Source: an uncultured Candidatus Bathyarchaeia archaeon
Lineage (GTDB): Archaea > Thermoproteota > Bathyarchaeia > 40CM-2-53-6 > JALHTG01
NCBI GenBank assembly: GCA_964631575.1
Contig: CAZVYD010000001.1
Coordinates: 33,262 to 97,261 of the forward strand
Reading direction: 5' to 3'
Length of the DNA stretch: 64,000 nt
A model generated the notes under the pieces. It was not told the origin of the DNA. It worked only from the letters and a program-made list of their open reading frames with translations, and did not search any database. The position numbers and the translations under genes were made by a program. Shown here one piece after another: positions 58,338 through 64,000 of the stretch (position 1 is the first letter of the stretch; every line of letters starts with the position of its first letter).

Positions 58338-59515
58338 CCTTCCTTTCGGAACTTTGCAACAAAATAGCCCGAGTCATGGAGTTGCGGATGAAATCTTTGA
58401 GTGAGCCCTCCTTCTGGGAATAGGGCATCAAGTCCGCTTGAACCGAGCATCAAGCTCTGTTTTTCCACCTTCAGTCCGCACTCATCAACAGCGAACTTGA
58501 CGTTTTCCTCGCATTCAGGCATGGTCATGGTACAGACGCTGTAAACCAAGGTGCCCCCTAGACGGAGTATCTTGGAAGCCGCTTTCAGAAATTGCCTCTG
58601 ATACCGAGAGAGCGCTTGGATCTCTTCACGTGACGTATATTCATACGTCTTTGGCTTCACACCTAATGCTGAACAGGGAGGATCCACCAGGCATCTATCA
58701 GCAACAAGCTCCTGAAAGTCTACATCCAAGTACCTCGCATCATGCGCGATCAAGACCACCCCCCCACAGCCGAGCCGTTGAACTGTCTCTCTAGTAAGAC
58801 CGATCTTCCTTTCGTTCCGATCGAAACCGAATGCTTTCGCGAGCCCCTTTGTGATCTGGCTGATATGTGAAAGCTTGCCGCCTGGCGCACAAGTGAGATC
58901 GATGATAGTTTCCCCTGGCTGCGGGTCTAGGATTCTCGTTGTCAGGATAGCCGGCAACGATTGGGGATACACGAGGCCCTGCTCGTACTCCGGCATCTCT
59001 CTAAGGCTCGGAACTTTGAATAAAGGGAAGACAACTTCAACGGCAAGTCCTCGCCGAAAGGTCAGTATGCTATTTTCGTTCATTTGAGCCAAGCCTGCAC
59101 CTACAACTTGACCTTGGTCGTCCATGATCGTAACTCTGTCCCCCCTCCTCAACCCTCGGCATATTCTGATACCAGGGGCATAGACGTGCGCACCCTGCAA
59201 AACAGATTCAGCCGTGAATTTGTCTACGATGATCTTCTTCTCAAAGTTCTGAATAGATCCTAAGATCTCAACCTCAAAGTAAAGTGCCTCATCGATCAGC
59301 GGATGCCTGTATACCCGTATACCCCTTGTTTCAAATTGTCTCACAATGCGATCGACAGTTGTCTTCAGAGTGTTCACTCGAAAGTAGTAGTGTCGCCCTG
59401 GCCGCTTTAGCGACTGGACTACTTTGCCCAGATCGTCGCCGTAGACCCTTTCCAGTTCAGAGAGTGTATCCAGTGAGAACCGGAATCTTTTCGCTAACGC
59501 CTCTAGCTCAGGCAT
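58334..59515 (-). CDS. RsmB/NOP2-family RNA m5C methyltransferase with PUA domain (NSUN6-like)
   Basis: FRVNTLK, GAHVYAPG, Q.LP, D..CAPGGK, DPPCS, YSVCT. Confidence 0.9.
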   Translation of the reverse strand: MPELEALAKRFRFSLDTLSELERVYGDDLGKVVQSLKRPGRHYYFRVNTLKTTVDRIVRQFETRGIRVYRHPLIDEALYFEVEILGSIQNFEKKIIVDKFTAESVLQGAHVYAPGIRICRGLRRGDRVTIMDDQGQVVGAGLAQMNENSILTFRRGLAVEVVFPLFKVPSLREMPEYEQGLVYPQSLPAILTTRILDPQPGETIIDLTCAPGGKLSHISQITKGLAKAFGFDRNERKIGLTRETVQRLGCGGVVLIAHDARYLDVDFQELVADRCLVDPPCSALGVKPKTYEYTSREEIQALSRYQRQFLKAASKILRLGGTLVYSVCTMTMPECEENVKFAVDECGLKVEKQSLMLGSSGLDALFPEGGLTQRFHPQLHDSGYFVAKFRKEG

Positions 59516-59551
59516 TTCTCTGCTCTCGTCAACCGCTGAGTCACGTTGGGT

Positions 59552-60055
59552 TCAGAGGCGTAAGATCTCCACTTGTCTGCTTTCGGTATCCATCGTCGCG
59601 ATTGTGGGTTGTCCACTAAGGTATCCGCAGACCTCTCCTGGGTTGACGATGAGAGTTCCTTCTGAAACGTATGATTTTGCCTCATGAGTATGTCCGCAAA
59701 CGATCAGATGGTAGGACTGGCTTCTAATCAGCGAGTAGAGCAGGTCAAGTTCATCGCCATGGGTCAAGGCAACTCTCATCCCGCCGGCTTCAACTTCTGC
59801 GAAGCTTCCACGAACTTCCTTCCCGATCTCGGCAAACCTCCTTCTCAAACTCTCCTTTTCAGCGTCATTGTTTCCGTAGATTGCTATCATTGGCGCTTTC
59901 AGGTCGCTGAACGATCTTGGAACAAATGGGCTTATGATATCCCCGGCGTGGAGAACAAGTGATACTTCGGCCCGATTCAATTGATCTACTGCCCTTCTGA
60001 TCAAAGGTAGGTTGTCATGCGTGTCTGAAATCATTCCAATGATCAAGCCATTCAC
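59552..60055 (-). CDS. YfcE/MJ0936-family metallophosphoesterase
   Basis: SDTHDN, HAGD, GNND, THG, GHTH, NPG. Confidence 0.92.
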   Translation of the reverse strand: MNGLIIGMISDTHDNLPLIRRAVDQLNRAEVSLVLHAGDIISPFVPRSFSDLKAPMIAIYGNNDAEKESLRRRFAEIGKEVRGSFAEVEAGGMRVALTHGDELDLLYSLIRSQSYHLIVCGHTHEAKSYVSEGTLIVNPGEVCGYLSGQPTIATMDTESRQVEILRL

Positions 60056-60239
60056 CGCGACCTAAATGTTGTGTTCGAGCTATATTGGGGTGTTGTAGAT
60101 GCCACTTGCTGTTGATTCGAGCGAGGCAAAGTTGAGGCGACGCCCAGATTTTTACATACCTATAAAGCCGCGTATTCGGAAGATGTCCGGGCAAGTGACG
60201 AACCCTCGAAGCTGGAAGGTTAGTCTGGAGAATGGAAAT

Positions 60240-60704
60240 TTGCACAAAAGAGTAGGAATACACCCCAAAGACGAACTTAGGCTGGAAGATCTCTTGGACC
60301 GAGTGAAGACTCATGAACGCTTCAAGGATGTGGGAGGAATAGGTGCATTCATCGGAGTAACCCGGAGCAGTTCAGCCGACGGTGAACCTGTTTCACACTT
60401 GGAGCTAGAGGCTTACGAAGGCAAGGCTGAGGAGGCGATGGCATCCATAGCTGATGATATTGCCAGCCGAAGCGGGATAGTGGATGTCCACATACATCAT
60501 GTTGTAGGGAAGCTCGAACAGGGAGAATTGATAATGGCCGTGCTCGTGGCGGGGAGATCTAGAAAAGACGTTTTTCCGGCGCTGATTGAAGCTGTCGAAA
60601 GAACAAAGAGCACCGTTCCGATCTGGAAGAAAGAGTTTCTGACTTCCGGAGAATCATACTGGGTCGGTGAAAATGATCGTACCGCTAAGCCGGAGAAAGA
60701 CTGA
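60240..60704 (+). CDS. moaE: Molybdopterin synthase catalytic subunit MoaE
   Basis: F.GVTR, LELEAY, HH.VG.L..GE, K..VPIWKKE; start uncertain. Confidence 0.9.
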   Translation: MHKRVGIHPKDELRLEDLLDRVKTHERFKDVGGIGAFIGVTRSSSADGEPVSHLELEAYEGKAEEAMASIADDIASRSGIVDVHIHHVVGKLEQGELIMAVLVAGRSRKDVFPALIEAVERTKSTVPIWKKEFLTSGESYWVGENDRTAKPEKD

Positions 60705-60725
60705 ATCGCTTATGCAATCCAACCC

Positions 60726-61355
60726 TTACAGCTTGAAGTAGCGCTGTGCGCGATCAGACGCAGCAACCCGCTGTCTTCTTCCGTTCAGCAAGAGCAAGGC
60801 CACTGCGAGTGAAATAGTCGTCACAAGGGGCACCGTGCCAAACTCCGGTATTATCACTTCGACTTTTGAACGGAGAACCTCTTCCTCAGTCACCCCTACA
60901 TATCTGCCGCGCACAAGGCCCTCTTGGTCGACTAGAATAAGTGTTGGAAGTTCGGTGACTTGGTACTTGTTTGCGACGCCAGCGCTATCCGTAGATGGGG
61001 GGACGACTATCCAATCTAATTCGTACTTCTGTATCCATTTTCTAACGTCCAGTTCTGTGTCGAGGATGGGATCTATGTCGATTGAGATTATTACGAGTGT
61101 ATCGTTGCGGTAGCGGTTCGATAGTGCCTTAAGATGTGGCATTTCTTCTTGGCAAGTCCGACACCAAGTGGCAAAGAAGTCAATCAGAACAATTCTACCT
61201 TTGAAGTCGGAAAGTGAGAAACGTCTTCCGTTTATGTCAGTCAGTGTGAAGTCCGGGGCTACTGCTTGTCCATGGGAAGGGCTGACTGCAAGAATGATGA
61301 GCATAATCACTAAGAGTGGGACACTGGCAAGCGGTGAGCGCGGCATGAGCTTCAC
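60726..61355 (-). CDS. TlpA-family thiol-disulfide oxidoreductase with PEFG-CTERM tail
   Basis: Signal peptide, APDFTL, FFATWCRTC, PT.ILVD; IPEFG + TM + RR. Confidence 0.88.
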   Translation of the reverse strand: MKLMPRSPLASVPLLVIMLIILAVSPSHGQAVAPDFTLTDINGRRFSLSDFKGRIVLIDFFATWCRTCQEEMPHLKALSNRYRNDTLVIISIDIDPILDTELDVRKWIQKYELDWIVVPPSTDSAGVANKYQVTELPTLILVDQEGLVRGRYVGVTEEEVLRSKVEVIIPEFGTVPLVTTISLAVALLLLNGRRQRVAASDRAQRYFKL

Positions 61356-61491
61356 TAGGAGCGCCTTATTTCATTCACTATTAAGTGTTTATGCGGAGCC
61401 TTTTGAGCATCTCAAATCGAGCGGATTCGTCATTCATACTAACAACTCTTATTAGAGAAGTTGCACTCCGGGAATTTGGAGTCAAGGGCGA

Positions 61492-61914
61492 ATGGTTGAG
61501 AAAGTTCTTGTCCCAGTTGACGGTTCGAAGGTGATGGATCGAAATGTCCGGTTCGCCTGCAATCTCATCAAGACCTTGGGAGGAACCATGACCTTGATTC
61601 ACGTTGTGAGCCTGCCGGCTTCCATGGAGCCCGGTGTACCCATCGATCCCACGCCATTAGAGCAAGCAGGAGCGAAGATTCTGGAGGGTGCACAAAGGAT
61701 TGCAGAGGAGGAAGGCTGCAAGGCCGAAGGGATTCTTGAGACCGATTTTGGAAATGCGGGCCATAGGATAGTCAGAGTTGCCCAAGAGAGATTATTCACT
61801 CTAATAGTGATCGGTGCAAGAGGCAAGAGCAAAATCGTCAACCTCCTCTTGGGAAGCGTTTGTGATGTGGTGGCCCACAACGCGCCCTGCCCGGTTATGA
61901 TTGTTCGGCCGTAA
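61492..61914 (+). CDS. Universal stress protein
   Basis: VLVPVDGS, IVIGARG, LLGSV, APCPV. Confidence 0.93.
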   Translation: MVEKVLVPVDGSKVMDRNVRFACNLIKTLGGTMTLIHVVSLPASMEPGVPIDPTPLEQAGAKILEGAQRIAEEEGCKAEGILETDFGNAGHRIVRVAQERLFTLIVIGARGKSKIVNLLLGSVCDVVAHNAPCPVMIVRP

Positions 61915-62010
61915 CAGTTGATCAATAGAGTAGAAAGCGATGAAATGTCTGGCCGGACAAGGAAAGCCTTATTGTTCACTCAGTAAGACTTACGGACGAG
62001 GATCAGCGAG

Positions 62011-62415
62011 ATGTTTCAGAAGGCATTGGTCCCCATTGACGGCTCCCAGTTCACTCCTGGACTTGTGGCGTACGCCATAGGCTTCGCGAAGAAGATTGGG
62101 TGTTCTCTGACCTTTGTGTACGTTGTGAATATGCCCCCGACAGCATCCGCTTCTGATATAGAAAAGCAGAAGGCGGCGGGCACGAAGATTCCAGACGAGT
62201 GTAAAGGGACAGCTACCAGTGAAGGGCTGTCAGCCTCGTCGAGAGTCGAAGTTGGGTCGCCGGCTGAAACAATCATCAACATTGCTGAGCATGACAAGTT
62301 CGATCTGATAATCATAGCTTCACGGGGTTACAGTCGCTTAAGGAGACTGATTGTAGGAAGCGTCGCGGATCAGGTGATGAAGCTGGCACCGTGCCCCGTC
62401 TTGGTGTTTAGGTGA
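62011..62415 (+). CDS. Universal stress protein
   Basis: LVPIDGS, GSPAETI, IIASRG, VGSVAD, APCPVLV. Confidence 0.93.
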   Translation: MFQKALVPIDGSQFTPGLVAYAIGFAKKIGCSLTFVYVVNMPPTASASDIEKQKAAGTKIPDECKGTATSEGLSASSRVEVGSPAETIINIAEHDKFDLIIIASRGYSRLRRLIVGSVADQVMKLAPCPVLVFR

Positions 62416-62613
62416 ACTCCTTCACATAATCAGTTTGATTCTTCCTAGTGCCTCTCTAGTATCGATGATTGTCCTAGTGAGTACCAATCTCTTCGCTTAG
62501 TCACAACCTGCACTCGATATCGAAACTTGTCAGGTCCTGTCATCCGTCTTCCAAACGAAACTCTTTATGTAGCAGCCAACTCTACCTCGTTGGCACTGAG
62601 TCTGGTGGGAGGG

Positions 62614-63000
62614 ATGTTCGAGAATCTCTCGAAAGAACAGCTGGAAGCAATTCTAGAGTCACTTCCAGTTGACATCACTTTTGTTGATAGTGACGATACA
62701 GTGAGGTACTACAACAGAGACGGCAAGAGGATCTTTGTCCGCACCCCTGCTGTTATTGGCAGGAAAGTGCAGAACTGTCATCCGCCCAAGAGTCTAGCAC
62801 CCGTAAATCAGATTCTCAGCGAGTTCAAGAGTGGAAAGAGAGAAGCCGCAGAGTTCTGGATTCAAGTGAAAGACCGTATGGTCTTCATACGCTATTTTCC
62901 CGTGAGAGACCGTGATGGTAAGTATCTGGGATGTCTAGAGGTCTCTGAAGACATCACCGAAATCAAGAAGCTAGAAGGCGAAAAGAGGTTACTCCAGTGA
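62614..63000 (+). CDS. Stand-alone PAS (PAS_10/DUF438-type) domain protein
   Basis: LPVDITFVD.DD.VRYY, R.P.VIGR.VQNCHPPKS, AEFWI, IRYFPVRD..G.YLG.LEV. Confidence 0.88.
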   Translation: MFENLSKEQLEAILESLPVDITFVDSDDTVRYYNRDGKRIFVRTPAVIGRKVQNCHPPKSLAPVNQILSEFKSGKREAAEFWIQVKDRMVFIRYFPVRDRDGKYLGCLEVSEDITEIKKLEGEKRLLQ

Positions 63001-63016
63001 ACGAGATAGCCCGCTC

Positions 63017-64000
63017 TTAATCCTTAGAACCTGACTGTTGTGCTCCGGCTATCGTTTCCTCGGGTTCTTTGAATTGCATTTGGTATAGCCGTGCGTAGAG
63101 GCCCTTCTTCGCAATCAGTTGATCATGCGTGCCTTCCTCGATTATTCTCCCTTCATTTAGGACAATTATGCGATCAGCGTTCCTCACGGTAGATAGCCGA
63201 TGCGCTATTATGAGGGCCGTCCGGTTCTTGAGAAGCTTCTCTAGGGCCCGTCTGATCAACAGCTCGGTATAGGGATCGACGCTTGATGTGGCTTCGTCCA
63301 TTATGAGGATTCGAGGATCAGCTAAGAGTGCTCTTGCGAAGGAGATGAGTTGCCTCTGACCAATTGATAGGTTCGTGGCGCCTTCTCGTATAGTTGTGTC
63401 GTAGCCTTCGGGTAGCCTTTCAATGAAGTCATGGGCGCCGACAGCTTTCGCCGCATGAATGACAGCGCTGTCTGACGCCTCTGGCCTTGAATAGCGTATG
63501 TTTTCCCTTACTGATCCTGCGAAGAGAAACGGCTCTTGGAGGACGAGTCCAATCTGTCTGTGGAGCGATTGAAGTTTCACGTCTCGAAGGTCGTGTCCGT
63601 CAACTTTGATCGATCCAGTCGTGGGGTCATAGAATCGACAGACAAGATTCATGAGAGTAGTCTTGCCGGCGCCTGTGGGGCCAACGATGGCTAAAGTTTC
63701 GTTGGAAGCGACTGTTAGGCTTATGTTGTTTAGCACCGGGAATCTCGGATCGTAGCCGAAAGAAACGTCTTCGAAATTTATTTCTCCTCTGAGCGTTTGG
63801 AGTTCAACCGCGTCGCGCCTCTCGACTATGTCCATTGGGGCGTCAATCAGTTCGAACATTCTCTCGGCACCAGCCATGGCGGACTGAAAGTGCGTGTAGA
63901 ATACGCTCAATTGCAGAAGCGGCCGGAAGAACATTGTCAGGTAAGACATGAAAGCCACGATCGTGCCTATGGTAATCGTGCCTAAGCCGGCTTGGAGTCC
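63017..64000 (-). CDS. ABC transporter, fused permease/ATP-binding protein (5'-truncated by window edge)
   Basis: GPTGAGKT, LSIGQRQ, DEATS, AHRLST; frame open past 64000. Confidence 0.92.
   Translation of the reverse strand, partial: GLQAGLGTITIGTIVAFMSYLTMFFRPLLQLSVFYTHFQSAMAGAERMFELIDAPMDIVERRDAVELQTLRGEINFEDVSFGYDPRFPVLNNISLTVASNETLAIVGPTGAGKTTLMNLVCRFYDPTTGSIKVDGHDLRDVKLQSLHRQIGLVLQEPFLFAGSVRENIRYSRPEASDSAVIHAAKAVGAHDFIERLPEGYDTTIREGATNLSIGQRQLISFARALLADPRILIMDEATSSVDPYTELLIRRALEKLLKNRTALIIAHRLSTVRNADRIIVLNEGRIIEEGTHDQLIAKKGLYARLYQMQFKEPEETIAGAQQSGSKD

Noticed and set aside
1..64000. CRISPR arrays, rRNA, transposases/integrases, Sec/Pyl read-through; numerous antisense ORFs in the track
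   Set aside because: None seen by eye. The antisense and overlapping ORFs are shadows of well-supported genes.

Overview
Archaeal chromosomal window, most likely Bathyarchaeia/TACK lineage. This is inferred from gene content: full-length Hef, UPF0147/UPF0148, an OSTC-like protein, PEFG-CTERM tails, and the aIF2a-Nop10-PAC2, GINS-PriS-PriL-PCNA-TFS and L21e-RpoF-DUF655-KsgA gene orders. Positions 1-17.7 kb are largely accessory: peptide/amino-acid catabolism, a type IV-like toxin-antitoxin pair, a tRNA 3'-end remnant, and secreted or sortase-tagged proteins. Positions 17.8-60.7 kb are dense informational core genes, and the final 3 kb carry redox, stress and transport genes. The top finding is a 22-nt intron-like insertion (29513-29534, minus strand) in the COG3199 ATP-NAD-kinase-family gene. 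It folds into a bulge-helix-bulge (BHB)-like motif with a long exon-exon helix. The canonical BHB cut positions excise exactly these 22 nt and restore the conserved NPIAGLGGRVGLKGTDG N-terminus, making it a candidate tRNA-splicing-endonuclease-processed mRNA intron. Other findings include a candidate box C/D guide sRNA, probable CTG and ACG start codons in srp54 and ileS, a GxHH-motif IleRS2, and small genes missed by the ORF track. All calls are by eye; no database searches or folding programs were run.
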